Assembly: GCA_965221695.1 (NCBI GenBank)
Contig: OZ244905.1
Location: forward strand, 2,752,001 to 2,816,000
Length of the DNA: 64,000 nt
Direction: 5' to 3'
Origin: Gammaproteobacteria bacterium
GTDB taxonomy: Bacteria; Pseudomonadota; Gammaproteobacteria; Eutrophobiales; Eutrophobiaceae
Below the pieces are notes generated by a model, which was not told the origin of the DNA, ran no database searches, and saw nothing but the letters and a program-made list of their open reading frames with translations. Both the position numbers and the translations under genes were made by a program. Below, piece after piece: positions 1-10,281 of the stretch. The number at the start of each line of letters is the position of its first letter. Within the stretch, counting starts at the first letter, position 1.

Positions 1-59
1 GACATAGATTACAAAAACACGGCATTATCTGCTTACTATTTTATGGGGGTGTTATAAAA

Positions 60-2333
60 ATGAAAAATTTCTTTCATTGTACATTGCTGTTGCTATTCTT
101 CAGTTCCAGTATCTCCTCTGCCGCCGTCCTTGAAGAAATCATCGTCACCGCCACCAAGCGTGAGGAAAGTTTACAGGATGTGCCGGTATCCGTATCGGTT
201 ATGGACGGCGTGGCGCTGGACAACGCTTCGATAAACAGTCTTGATGAACTGACATTGCGCATGCCATCGGTGATGATGACCGAAGCTCAGGCGGCAACCA
301 ATATTTTTATCCGCGGCGTCGGTTCGGGGCAGAACTACGGTTTTGAACAGTCCGTCGGCATGTTCATAGACGGCGCCTATTTCAGTCGCAGCCGCGCCTT
401 TCGCAACCCCTTCTTTGATGTGCAACGTGTGGAAGTCCTTAAGGGCCCGCAGACCGTGCTGTTCGGCAAGAATGTCGTTGCCGGCGCGTTCAATATTGAA
501 ACCCGGCGTCCGACCGAGGAATGGGAAAACAGTATCAGCGCCTACTGGGATCCGGAGTATGACGGCAAGGAGTTCACTGCAGTCGTATCCGGTCCGCTCA
601 GCGACAACGTGGGTATTCGTCTCGCCGGCAAATACTACGATGTCGATGGCTATATCGAAAATTCGCTCCCCGGTGTGCCCGACCCGTACCAACGCGAGCA
701 TTATCTCATCCGCGGCACCATCCAGTGGGATATCACTCCTGATTTCAGCGCTACCCTGAAAGGGGAATTCGGCGCCTATGACGTGACCGGCGGTTACCAT
801 ACCCAGCCGCAGTTCCTGTCGGCCAATCACCTGGCGCTGACGCAGGCCAATGACCCGCAGGCGGAAGCTGCATTCGATTACCGGGTCTCCATCCCGGCGC
901 CCCCGGGCGATCCGTTTTTTGACGGTCTGTTCAATGATACCAACATGGAAAATGTGACCCTGACCCTGGACTGGAACGCCGGCGGTCACCAGGTTAAGTC
1001 CATCACCAGCTATGTCGCCTTCGATTTTGAGGCATTGACCAATAATGATCACACCAACCTCAGGATAGTTGCCGGACCGCAACGGCAGGATTCGGAGACC
1101 ATCTCTCAGGAGCTCCGCATCACCTCGCCGCAGGACCAGTTCATCGAATATATTATTGGGGCCTATTATGCCGATGATAAATATCGAACCCGTCTGCAAG
1201 CGTCTCTTGACCTGGGTCAGTCCGCATTGGCCGCGGTATTTCCCATCGTGCGCCTCGGCAGGAACCAGCAGACCCGGCAGGATGGCGAGACCTGGGCGGT
1301 ATTCGGCGAGGCCACGATGAATTTCACGGACCGGGTGCGCTTGATCCTGGGCGCCCGTTATACGGAGGACCGCAAAACGGCTGACAAACGGCTCTGGTAT
1401 TCCGATGTGTCTACATTGGACAATGCCGTGCCGGATCCGGCCATCGCTGCAATCTATAACGGCGTTATCGGTGTGGAACATGACCTCCGGGGCGTGAAAC
1501 GCAAGACCGATGACGTCCCATTTGCCGTGACCGGTGAATTTGATGCAAGTGATGACCTGATGGTCTATGTAACCTATAGAGAAGGGTTCAAGGCCGGCGG
1601 GTTTGATGAGGACTTTAATTCCGGCGTGTTCTCGGAATATGAATTTGAAGACGAGCAGGTGGAGTCGTTTGCATACGGCGCCAAGATGACACTGGCGGAC
1701 GGCAGGGCGTATATCAATGCCGAATATTTCCACTCGGAATACAGCAACCTACAGGTCTCAACCTTCTCCGTCGCCAGTTTCCTGGTAGGCAATGCAGCCT
1801 CGGCCACCACCCAGGGGCTGGATGTAGACGCACGTTGGCTGGTCACGGATCAATTCAGTGTAGGCGGCGCGTTTGTCTGGTTGGACGCCGAATACGATAA
1901 CTACGAATCCGGCCCCTGCTTGCTTGACGCTGCCGGCAACGAAATCGCGGACTTTTGTGACCTGTCGGGTCGCCCGCTGCAATACGCGCCTGATATCGAA
2001 TTCAATATCTACGCGGATCTGGTCGTGCCTGTCTACCAGGGCTGGGAACTTGGGCTGACCGGCGATCTCACCTATTCGGATGACTTCTACCTGGCAGGCG
2101 ATCTCGATCCGGACTATGTGCAGGAAGACTATGCCAAGCTCAATGCCACCCTGAGCCTGGCCTCACCCGACGGCAGGTACCGCTTTTCTGTCATCGGCAA
2201 GAATCTGACCGACAAGCAGACTTCGCACCAGCAGAATGATATTCCGCTGGCAGGTTTGTATGGCGGCAAGGCCGGTTCGGCATTCTCCGACCCGCCGCGC
2301 GTCGTCGCACTGCAGGCAGAGGTTAAATTCTGA
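60..2333 (+). CDS. TonB-dependent receptor
   Basis: Signal peptide, TonB box-like LEEIIVTATKRE, plug motif RVEVLKGPQTVLFGKN, C-terminal Phe; 757 aa. Confidence 0.95.
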   Translation: MKNFFHCTLLLLFFSSSISSAAVLEEIIVTATKREESLQDVPVSVSVMDGVALDNASINSLDELTLRMPSVMMTEAQAATNIFIRGVGSGQNYGFEQSVGMFIDGAYFSRSRAFRNPFFDVQRVEVLKGPQTVLFGKNVVAGAFNIETRRPTEEWENSISAYWDPEYDGKEFTAVVSGPLSDNVGIRLAGKYYDVDGYIENSLPGVPDPYQREHYLIRGTIQWDITPDFSATLKGEFGAYDVTGGYHTQPQFLSANHLALTQANDPQAEAAFDYRVSIPAPPGDPFFDGLFNDTNMENVTLTLDWNAGGHQVKSITSYVAFDFEALTNNDHTNLRIVAGPQRQDSETISQELRITSPQDQFIEYIIGAYYADDKYRTRLQASLDLGQSALAAVFPIVRLGRNQQTRQDGETWAVFGEATMNFTDRVRLILGARYTEDRKTADKRLWYSDVSTLDNAVPDPAIAAIYNGVIGVEHDLRGVKRKTDDVPFAVTGEFDASDDLMVYVTYREGFKAGGFDEDFNSGVFSEYEFEDEQVESFAYGAKMTLADGRAYINAEYFHSEYSNLQVSTFSVASFLVGNAASATTQGLDVDARWLVTDQFSVGGAFVWLDAEYDNYESGPCLLDAAGNEIADFCDLSGRPLQYAPDIEFNIYADLVVPVYQGWELGLTGDLTYSDDFYLAGDLDPDYVQEDYAKLNATLSLASPDGRYRFSVIGKNLTDKQTSHQQNDIPLAGLYGGKAGSAFSDPPRVVALQAEVKF

Positions 2334-2385
2334 CTTGCATAATCGGTAACTGCCCGGCGAAAGAGCGGCTGGTACGGTTCCTCTT

Positions 2386-4167
2386 TTGGTGATGCGAACC
2401 GGTTGCAAAGCGGGAACGCCTTTTTACAGCACGCTGTTGGTCGTGGCGATGCTGTCAGTTATTGTGCCCGGGGCGCCTGCGCGTGATACCAGCCTGTACT
2501 GGGGTGACACCCATTTACACACGAACAACTCACCCGACGCATCGCTGAACGGCAACATTCGCATTGGTCCGGAAGAGGCGTTCCGTTTCGCCCGCGGCGA
2601 AGCCGTCGAAGGCCACAGCGGCGCACCGGCAAAACTGGAAAGGCCGCTGGACTTTCTGGTGGTAAGTGACCATGCTGAATATCTCGGCTTGCTGCCGAGA
2701 ATACGCGATGGCGATACGCTGGTATTGAAAAATGCTGTGACCCGGCGCTGGCGCGACATGATAGACAGCGGTGATGGGGAACAGACCTGGAAAGCGATGT
2801 TTGAAGTCCTGGAGGACATTGAGACGAACAACCCGAGTTTCGATGATACGGATATAAGGCATTCCACCTGGGGGCGCTTTATCGAACTTGCCGACAGATA
2901 TAACGAACCGGGCAGGTTTACCGCATTCATCGGTTTTGAGTGGACCTCGATGCCGGACGGGAACAACCTGCACAGGGTGGTCATTTTCCGGGACGGCGCC
3001 GCAAAGGCAGGAACGGTATTGCCGTTCTCGGCGTTTGACGGCGATGACCCGGAACAACTCTGGGCGTTCCTGGAGAATTACGAGACGGACACGGGGGGCA
3101 GGGCGCTTGCCATTCCCCACAACGGTAATATGAGCAACGGTCGCATGTTCCCGGAAACAGACTTCGAGGGTAGACCGATCGACGGGGATTACGCTCGCGC
3201 CAGGTCCCGCTGGGAACCCCTGTATGAAGTCACCCAGATCAAGGGTGACGCGGAGACACATCCGCAATTATCTCCCCGGGACCTTTTTGCCGATTTCGAG
3301 AACTGGGACAGGGGCAACATCACTGCAACAGCGCTGAAACAGACCGGGATGCTCAAGGCCGAATATGCGCGCGCGGCGCTGCAGACGGGCCTGGGACTCG
3401 AACGGCAGGTCGGCGCCAATCCGTACCGTTTCGGACTGATCGGCAGTTCGGATGCGCATACCGGATTTGCCGCCGTGGCTGAGCGGAACTTCTGGGGCAA
3501 GTTTTCCGTGTACGAGCCTGGTTTGCACCGCCTGACACACCACTCGGTTGTGAAGGGCAGGCAGGGGAAGACATACGATATCTGGGCTTACGAGATGGTT
3601 GCCTCGGGTTATGCCGCGGTCTGGGCAACGGAAAATACCCGCGCCGCGCTGTTCGATGCCATGCAACGCAGAGAAGTTTACGCCACCACCGGCTCGCGTA
3701 TCAGGCTACAGTATTTTGCGGGCTGGGATTTCCTGCCCGAGGATGCAAACGGCGACGATTTTGCCGCCAATGGTTATCGAAACGGCGTGCCCATGGGCGG
3801 CACACTGAGCGCCGCCCCGGCAAACTCCGGGCCGGCGTTCATCATCAATGCGCTCAAGGACCCGGCCGGCGTTTCGCTTGAACGGGTCCAGGTCATCAAG
3901 GGATGGGTCGATGAAAATGGAGACACTCATGAAATCATCCATGATGCAGCCGTTGCGGAAAACGGCGCAGTCGGTTTCCACACCTATTGGCAAGACCCGG
4001 ATTTTGATCCCCGGCAGCATGCCTTTTATTACCTGAGGGTCCTTGAGATACCCAAACCCCGCTGGACGACACTGGAGGCTCGGCGGCTGAATACGGCTCT
4101 GCCGGAACAGGTACCTGCGCAGATACAGGACAGGGCATACAGCAGTCCCGTCTGGTACAGTCCGTGA
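2386..4167 (+). CDS. DUF3604 family (PHP-like fold) secreted protein
   Basis: YWGDTHLHT, LDFLVVSDHAEY, NNLHRVVIF, IPHNGN, EVTQIKG, GSSDAH, YATTG, RAYSSPVWY motifs; N-terminal signal sequence. Confidence 0.85.
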   Translation: MVMRTGCKAGTPFYSTLLVVAMLSVIVPGAPARDTSLYWGDTHLHTNNSPDASLNGNIRIGPEEAFRFARGEAVEGHSGAPAKLERPLDFLVVSDHAEYLGLLPRIRDGDTLVLKNAVTRRWRDMIDSGDGEQTWKAMFEVLEDIETNNPSFDDTDIRHSTWGRFIELADRYNEPGRFTAFIGFEWTSMPDGNNLHRVVIFRDGAAKAGTVLPFSAFDGDDPEQLWAFLENYETDTGGRALAIPHNGNMSNGRMFPETDFEGRPIDGDYARARSRWEPLYEVTQIKGDAETHPQLSPRDLFADFENWDRGNITATALKQTGMLKAEYARAALQTGLGLERQVGANPYRFGLIGSSDAHTGFAAVAERNFWGKFSVYEPGLHRLTHHSVVKGRQGKTYDIWAYEMVASGYAAVWATENTRAALFDAMQRREVYATTGSRIRLQYFAGWDFLPEDANGDDFAANGYRNGVPMGGTLSAAPANSGPAFIINALKDPAGVSLERVQVIKGWVDENGDTHEIIHDAAVAENGAVGFHTYWQDPDFDPRQHAFYYLRVLEIPKPRWTTLEARRLNTALPEQVPAQIQDRAYSSPVWYSP

Positions 4168-6380
4168 TGCCGAAGAATGCCGATAAATTCAGGCATTGTC
4201 CCGGTCTCCTCCTGTGTTTGTGCATAGCCCTGACGGCCTGTGCCGAACCGGATGTTCCCGCGGATGGCGTGCTGACCGCGACCAACGGGGAAGCGGAGTT
4301 TGGTCAGATCGATGACGAGCGCATACTGAACCATGCGGATGACCCCGACAACTGGCTGGCCCATGGGCGTGATTACAGTGAGAAGCGGTTTTCACCTCTC
4401 AGTGAGATAAACAAGTCCAATGTATCCGGACTGGGTCTGGCGTGGGCGCTCGATATGGGCACGAACCGGGCGCAGGAGGCAACGCCCATCGTCGTGGACG
4501 ATACACTTTTTCTCACCAGCGCCTGGAGCCGCGTGTTCGCCATTGATGCCCGCACGGGTTCAATACGCTGGAAATACGATCCGCAAGTGCCCGGCGCCTG
4601 GTCGCGGCGCGCCTGTTGCGACGTGGTCAACCGCGGCGTTGCCGTATACCGCGGGCGCGTCTATGTGGGCAGTCTTGACGGTCGCCTGATAGCTTTGGAC
4701 GCGGCGACCGGCGCAGAGGTTTGGCAAGTGGACACGCTCATCGATCGGGACCGGTTTTACACCATCACCGGCGCGCCTCGGGCCGCCCGCGGCAAAGTTT
4801 ACATTGGCAATGGCGGCGCAGAGTTCGGCGTGAGGGGATATGTGTCGGCCTACGATGCGGATACGGGCAAACTTGCGTGGCGTTTTTATACCGTTCCCGG
4901 CGATCCTTCGCAACCCTACGAACATCCCGAACTGGAACTGGCCGTTGCCACCTGGAGTGGTAATGAATGGTGGAAATACGGAGGCGGCGGGACAGTATGG
5001 AATTCGATCGTGTACGACGCCGAATTCAATCATCTTTATATCGGCGTCGGTAACGGTTCCCCCTGGGCGCGCGCGATACGCTCACCGGGCGGCGGCGACA
5101 ACCTGTTTCTGTCCTCAATCGTAGCCCTGGATGCCGACAGCGGCAGGATGAAATGGTATTACCAGACCACACCGGCGGATAACTGGGACTATACCGCGGT
5201 GCAGGACATGGCCCTGGCGGAGCTGGAAGTCGGCGGGGAACTGCGCAAGGTATTGTTGCAGGCGCCGAAGAACGGGTTTTTCTACGTGCTTGATCGCAGT
5301 GACGGTGAATTGCTGCGCGCGCACCCATACAGCGCAGTGAACTGGGCAACCCATGTCGACCTGGAAACCGGGCGGCCCGTGGAAAACCCTGATCTGGATT
5401 ATCTCGAACAGGAAAAATGGGTGCTGCCGGGTTCCGCAGGCGCCCATGGCTGGCAGGCCATGTCCGTCGATGAAATGAGCGGCCTGGTGTATATCCCCAC
5501 CCAGGAAAGTCCTCTTATCTTTGCCATGGCCGATGAATGGAAACAGAGCGGGCGCTTCGAGAGAAACCCCGGCAGATGGAATATCGGCCTTGAGGTCGGG
5601 CGCCTGGCGCAGTTGTTTGTTGATAATGTTGCGACCCAACCGGCGCCGGCAGGCGCGCTGAAGGCATTCGACCCCATCAGTGGAGAGACCCGCTGGGAGG
5701 TGCGCAATCCCTATTACTGGAACGGCGGGGTACTGGCCACACAGGGCGGCCTGGTATTCCAGGGGGATGCCAACGGTGTCTTGTCTGCCTACGACAAGGA
5801 AAACGGCGACAGCTTATGGCAGTTCAATACCTGGACATCCATACTTGCGCCGCCGGTCACCTACAGCATCGACGGCACGCAATATGTTGCGTTGCTGACC
5901 GGTGGCGGCGGCGCCGACCTGTTCGGCGGCGAAGCGGACACGGCTACGAGCAAATACGGGAACAGGGGACAACTGCTGGCATTTCGCCTCGGTGGAGATG
6001 CGCTGCTGCCCGAACCCGAGCCGTTGGACAAGCGCATACCGGAACAGCCCGCGGTAACGGTGGACAGCATGGTGATTGCGCAGGGAGAACTGCTGTATAA
6101 CAACTTCTGCGCCACGTGCCATGGCCTGTTGGCGCGCTCGGGTGGGTCTATCCCTGACCTGAGACTGATGTCCGACCAAAGCCATGCCCTGTTCCATGAT
6201 ATCGTCAGTGATGGGATCCTGTCCGCGAACGGCATGGCGGGATTCGGGGATATCCTGACTACGGCTGAAGTTGAAAAAATTCACCACTATGTGCGCGCGC
6301 GGGCCTCGGAAGACAGGGCCGTGGCAACAGGCGATAAGCAACAGGCGACACTGACCTGGCTGTCGCCGCCGGAAGAGTAA
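4164..6380 (+). CDS. Type II quinohemoprotein (PQQ + heme c) alcohol dehydrogenase, probable lipoprotein
   Basis: Vicinal cysteines ACCDVVNRG, PQQ propeller Trp motifs, WDYT, C-terminal CATCH heme site, lipobox LTAC; overlaps the upstream stop codon. Confidence 0.93.
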   Translation: MMPKNADKFRHCPGLLLCLCIALTACAEPDVPADGVLTATNGEAEFGQIDDERILNHADDPDNWLAHGRDYSEKRFSPLSEINKSNVSGLGLAWALDMGTNRAQEATPIVVDDTLFLTSAWSRVFAIDARTGSIRWKYDPQVPGAWSRRACCDVVNRGVAVYRGRVYVGSLDGRLIALDAATGAEVWQVDTLIDRDRFYTITGAPRAARGKVYIGNGGAEFGVRGYVSAYDADTGKLAWRFYTVPGDPSQPYEHPELELAVATWSGNEWWKYGGGGTVWNSIVYDAEFNHLYIGVGNGSPWARAIRSPGGGDNLFLSSIVALDADSGRMKWYYQTTPADNWDYTAVQDMALAELEVGGELRKVLLQAPKNGFFYVLDRSDGELLRAHPYSAVNWATHVDLETGRPVENPDLDYLEQEKWVLPGSAGAHGWQAMSVDEMSGLVYIPTQESPLIFAMADEWKQSGRFERNPGRWNIGLEVGRLAQLFVDNVATQPAPAGALKAFDPISGETRWEVRNPYYWNGGVLATQGGLVFQGDANGVLSAYDKENGDSLWQFNTWTSILAPPVTYSIDGTQYVALLTGGGGADLFGGEADTATSKYGNRGQLLAFRLGGDALLPEPEPLDKRIPEQPAVTVDSMVIAQGELLYNNFCATCHGLLARSGGSIPDLRLMSDQSHALFHDIVSDGILSANGMAGFGDILTTAEVEKIHHYVRARASEDRAVATGDKQQATLTWLSPPEE

Positions 6381-6384
6381 TACC

Positions 6385-7509
6385 ATGCAGATAACAGATG
6401 TGCGCCTGCGCCGTTTACGGGTCATCGAGGAAGTGGGGACGGTGCAACTGGCCTGGAGTCCGGGCGATCAGATGCTGATCCAAAAAGGGGGCGGCGGTTT
6501 TGTTGAAGTTCTGACTGATGAAGGTATTGCCGGAATTGGTCCGGAGGTGGATGACCGCTTCATCCCGGTGTTGAAGAAGATACTCATCGGCAGGGACCCC
6601 ATGGAAGTGGAAAAGCTCAGCGCGATGCTGGAGTATTACCTTCAGGCAGGGACCCATTACCAACATGTGGCCGGAGTGGATATCGCGCTGTGGGATATCG
6701 TGGGCAAGGCCAGGGGCTTGCCCCTGTATAAACTATGGGGCGGAAGTAAGGATCGTATTGTGCCCTATGCCGCAATGATCATGTTGTCCACGCCTGAGGA
6801 AAGGGCGGATATGGCGCGCCGGCTCAGGGATCAGGGCTGGCAGGCAATAAAGCTGCGTCTGCACCATGAGACCATGGCGGAAGATATCCGCACGGTGGCC
6901 AAGGTCAGGGACGCAGTGGGCAGCGATATGCGCATCATGGTGGATGCCAACCAGGCACAATCCAAGGGTGACTGGCAACCGGGGGTGAGATGGGACTACC
7001 GGCGCGCGTACGACACCGCGCTGGAATTGCAACAGCTTGACTGCGTATGGCTGGAGGAGCCCAGGCCGCGCTATGCATTCGAGGAGCTGGCCAGGCTGAA
7101 TGATTCGGTGGAGATAGACCTGGCAGGCGGTGAAAATGCCGCTGTCCTTTACGAGTTTCAACAGATGTGCGAACTGGGCGCCTACAGCATATTGCAACCG
7201 GAATGCCTGGTATTGACCGGGATCACCGAAACCCTGAAGGTGGGGGAGATTGCAAAAAAATACGGCAAACAGGTTGCCCCCCATAACGGCTACGTGAAAC
7301 TCGGGTTGATCGCCCATATGCACATGGTGGCAAGCTGGCCGCACGCACCGTACCTGGAGCTGATCCACGACCCACCCGTCGGCGATTACCGCAATTTTTT
7401 TGCGTTGATGGATAATCCACCCCTGGTTGATGAACACGGGTGCATGACCGTACCGTCAGCGCCCGGCCTCGGCGTGGATATAGCCCCGGACCTGATCATC
7501 CCTGACTGA
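6385..7509 (+). CDS. Mandelate racemase/muconate-lactonizing enzyme family protein (enolase superfamily)
   Basis: DIALWDIVGK, metal ligands in MVDAN / WLEEP / GGEN, C-terminal PGLGV. Confidence 0.9.
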   Translation: MQITDVRLRRLRVIEEVGTVQLAWSPGDQMLIQKGGGGFVEVLTDEGIAGIGPEVDDRFIPVLKKILIGRDPMEVEKLSAMLEYYLQAGTHYQHVAGVDIALWDIVGKARGLPLYKLWGGSKDRIVPYAAMIMLSTPEERADMARRLRDQGWQAIKLRLHHETMAEDIRTVAKVRDAVGSDMRIMVDANQAQSKGDWQPGVRWDYRRAYDTALELQQLDCVWLEEPRPRYAFEELARLNDSVEIDLAGGENAAVLYEFQQMCELGAYSILQPECLVLTGITETLKVGEIAKKYGKQVAPHNGYVKLGLIAHMHMVASWPHAPYLELIHDPPVGDYRNFFALMDNPPLVDEHGCMTVPSAPGLGVDIAPDLIIPD

Positions 7510-7549
7510 GCAACCCCTGTCCTGATCGCCGGTCGTGATCCCAAACAAG

Positions 7550-7578
7550 GGGACCTCTGATTAAGTCTCAGAGTTTCC
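7550..7578. repeat. 29-bp solo terminal hairpin of the IS5-type MITE family
   Basis: GGGACCTCTGA-TTAAGTC-TCAGAGTTTCC flanked on both sides by CAAG. Confidence 0.7.
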
Positions 7579-7660
7579 CAAGATATCTATTCAGGGACCC
7601 TGTTCAACAATTTGTGTTACTCTGCGGTGAAATAAAAGCGAATAACATCGGGAGAACCCT

Positions 7661-8770
7661 ATGCACGTACATGCACTGGCGGCCGTTGCGCGGTCGCCCG
7701 AGGCGCCGTTTGATTTTCGCGAAATGGAACTGCTGCCACCGCGCAGTAACGAAGTACAGGTCAGGATTGCGGCGACCGGTATCTGCCATACGGATATTGC
7801 AGTCAAAGAACAGGCATTTCCATTGCCCTTGCCCATGGTGCTGGGCCATGAAGGCGCCGGGGTTGTCGAGGCGGTAGGTGAAGAAGTCACCCATCTACAG
7901 GTCGGGGACCATGTCGTGTTATGTGGCGATTCCTGTGGTAGGTGCGGTAATTGCCACCAGGGGTTGCCGTTTTACTGCCGCGAATTCCCGGAGCGCAACC
8001 TGAGTGGCCTGCGCACTGACGGCAGCACCAGCCTGGTGTGCGATGGAGAGCCGATGCGGGGACGGTTTGTCGCCCAGTCGTCATTTTCCACCCGGGTGAT
8101 CGGCGCCGCAAGAGGCGCAATAAAAGTCCCCGGCGATTTACCCCTTGAATTGTTGGGGCCGCTGGGCTGTGGACTTGCCACCGGCGTGGGCACGGTGATG
8201 AATGCGCTGCGTCCGAGCGCCGGTTCAAGTATCGCGATTTTCGGCGCCGGAACCGTAGGGCTTGCCGCGGTGATGGGCGCGCGCCTTTCGGGTTGTACCT
8301 GCATAATCGTTACCGACATCCGGCCCGCGCGGCTTGAAATGGCGCGCGAACTGGGCGCGACCCATGTGCTTGATGCCGGTACGGAGGATGTGGTTGACGC
8401 GATCCATTCCATTACCGGCGGCGGCGCCAATTATGCGGTCGAATGCACGGGTGTACCCGAAGTCGTTATCCAGTCGGTCAACTGCCTTGCCCCGCCCGGC
8501 TGGTGTGCGCAGGTTGGGGTGACGCCTGCCGCCGCCACCGTGCCCCTGGAAATGGACCAGGTGATTTTCGGGCGCGGCCTGCGCGGTGTGGTGATGGGCG
8601 AAGCGAATGTGCAGGTCTTTGTACCGTTCCTGGCCGACCTGTTCAGGCAGGGGCGGCTCCCCTATGACCGCTTCGTCAAGTTCTATGACTTTGCCGATAT
8701 CGACCGGGCAGTACATGACAGCGCCGTCACCGGCGAGGTGATCAAGCCGATCCTGCGCATGCCGGAATAG
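7661..8770 (+). CDS. Zn-dependent NAD(P) alcohol dehydrogenase (aryl-alcohol dehydrogenase-like)
   Basis: GICHTD, GHEGAGVV, structural Zn site CGRCGNC...C, GAGTVG Rossmann motif. Confidence 0.92.
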   Translation: MHVHALAAVARSPEAPFDFREMELLPPRSNEVQVRIAATGICHTDIAVKEQAFPLPLPMVLGHEGAGVVEAVGEEVTHLQVGDHVVLCGDSCGRCGNCHQGLPFYCREFPERNLSGLRTDGSTSLVCDGEPMRGRFVAQSSFSTRVIGAARGAIKVPGDLPLELLGPLGCGLATGVGTVMNALRPSAGSSIAIFGAGTVGLAAVMGARLSGCTCIIVTDIRPARLEMARELGATHVLDAGTEDVVDAIHSITGGGANYAVECTGVPEVVIQSVNCLAPPGWCAQVGVTPAAATVPLEMDQVIFGRGLRGVVMGEANVQVFVPFLADLFRQGRLPYDRFVKFYDFADIDRAVHDSAVTGEVIKPILRMPE

Positions 8771-8816
8771 GTTAGTCCCTTTTCCTTTTAATTCTGATTA
8801 TGTTCAGAGCAAAGCC

Positions 8817-10130
8817 GTGGCGTCAAGACAAGGCTCAGTCCGCAGTCCGGTGAATAGTCTGAATCCCTCCCTGCGGGAATACTGGCCCCGGCGTTACACG
8901 CTGACCGGCCTGGCGGTTATCGCGATGTTCATCTGCTACATGGACCGGGTGAACATTTCCATTGCCATCATACCGATGGCTGACGACATGGGTTGGCAGC
9001 CGGAACAACAGGGCATGGTATTGTCGTCTTTTTTTCTCGGTTACCTGTTAACCCAGGTCCTCGGTGGCCGCCTGGCGGATCGCCATGGCGGCAAGCTTGT
9101 GCTGGGAGTTGCGGTACTGGTCTGGTCGTTGTTCACGTTTGTCACACCCGTAGCTGCAATGGCCGGTTTCGGCGCACTGCTCCTGGCGCGTATCGGTATG
9201 GGCGCAGGCGAAGGCGTGGCGTTGCCGGCCGTTTACAGTCTCTACGGTCGCTGGTTGCCGCGTCATGAGTTTTCCCGCGCCATTGGCGCTACCTTTTCTG
9301 CGATGACCCTGGGGATTGTTTTCGGCATGGCAGCCACGCCCTGGATCATCGTCAATTTCGGTTGGCACTGGGCATTTTATTCATTCGGTCTCGCCGGTTT
9401 TGCCTGGTTCATCTTCTGGCACAAAAGCGCTGCGTCGCATCCTGACCTGCATTCGGGTATCAGCGAGCAAGAGCGCGCGCTGATACGCAGGGATGCGGCG
9501 CCGGTCACGGCAACACAGGCGCCGCCCTGGGGCCAGTTGTTAACCACACCGGCCGTCTGGGCTATCATCGTGGCCCATTTCTGTTCCAACTGGGGTGTGT
9601 ACGTGCTGCTGGCGTGGATGCCCACCTATATCAACAAGGGGTTGCAGGTTGATTTCAATGCGGTGGGCTTGTATGCAATGATCCCCTACATCGCCGCCTT
9701 CCTGTTCTTTAACATAGCCGGCGCGCTCGCAGACAGACTGGCCATGCGTGGTTGGGAGACAATAAAAATCCGCAAGTTGATGCAAGTCATCGGTTTTGGC
9801 GGACCGGCGCTGATCCTGATGTTCGTCGGTAATGTCGATAATGCAGAAGCCGCGATTGCATTGATGACACTGGCCAATATTTTTATAGCCTTCAATGCGG
9901 GCGCTTTCATCGTCAACCACCTGGACATAGCCCCGAAATACGCCGGCGTTTTGATGGGCCTGTCGAACACGGCAGGCACAATACCGGGTATCATAGGCGT
10001 TTATGTCAGCGGAATGATACTGGGGCTGACTGGTTCGTGGACGCTGGTGTTTCAGCTCGCAGCGCTGGTATACCTGCTGGGGCTGGTATTCTACCTGGCG
10101 TTCGCATCGGGCAAACGCCTGTTTGATTAG
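8817..10130 (+). CDS. MFS transporter, anion:cation symporter (ACS) family
   Basis: CYMDRVNISIA, GGRLADRHG, DIAPKYAG; about 12 hydrophobic segments. Confidence 0.92.
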   Translation: MASRQGSVRSPVNSLNPSLREYWPRRYTLTGLAVIAMFICYMDRVNISIAIIPMADDMGWQPEQQGMVLSSFFLGYLLTQVLGGRLADRHGGKLVLGVAVLVWSLFTFVTPVAAMAGFGALLLARIGMGAGEGVALPAVYSLYGRWLPRHEFSRAIGATFSAMTLGIVFGMAATPWIIVNFGWHWAFYSFGLAGFAWFIFWHKSAASHPDLHSGISEQERALIRRDAAPVTATQAPPWGQLLTTPAVWAIIVAHFCSNWGVYVLLAWMPTYINKGLQVDFNAVGLYAMIPYIAAFLFFNIAGALADRLAMRGWETIKIRKLMQVIGFGGPALILMFVGNVDNAEAAIALMTLANIFIAFNAGAFIVNHLDIAPKYAGVLMGLSNTAGTIPGIIGVYVSGMILGLTGSWTLVFQLAALVYLLGLVFYLAFASGKRLFD

Positions 10131-10281
10131 GGAAACTCTGAACAAGTCCATCCTGGACTTGTCAGAGTACGGAAAACAAAAATGCGATTTTTGTTTTCCT
10201 CACAATATCAATGCCTTACAGACATTGATATTGACGATACATCCTTGTATCGTAGGAACCTCTGACTTAATCAGAGGTTCC
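10131..10281 (+). mobile_element. 151-bp IS5-type MITE, copy 1
   Basis: TIRs GGAAACTCTGA...TCAGAGGTTCC, TTAG direct repeats at 10127-10130 and 10282-10285, five internal hairpins; near-identical copies at 28532 and 33188. Confidence 0.9.

Noticed and set aside
20-33. Sigma54 promoter upstream of the first TBDR (CGGCATTATCTGCT)
   Set aside because: The GG-GC spacing is 8 nt, not the required 10.
171-1733. Long antisense ORFs (also 28808-29884, 43045-44613, 49915-50865, 53815-54729, 59860-61032)
   Set aside because: They are shadows of well-supported genes on the opposite strand in GC-rich DNA and have no recognisable motifs.
4164-6380. Lanthanide-dependent PQQ dehydrogenase
   Set aside because: The motif is WDYT, lacking the extra Asp (DYD/DFD) of XoxF/PedH-type enzymes. 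This fits a Ca2+ quinohemoprotein.
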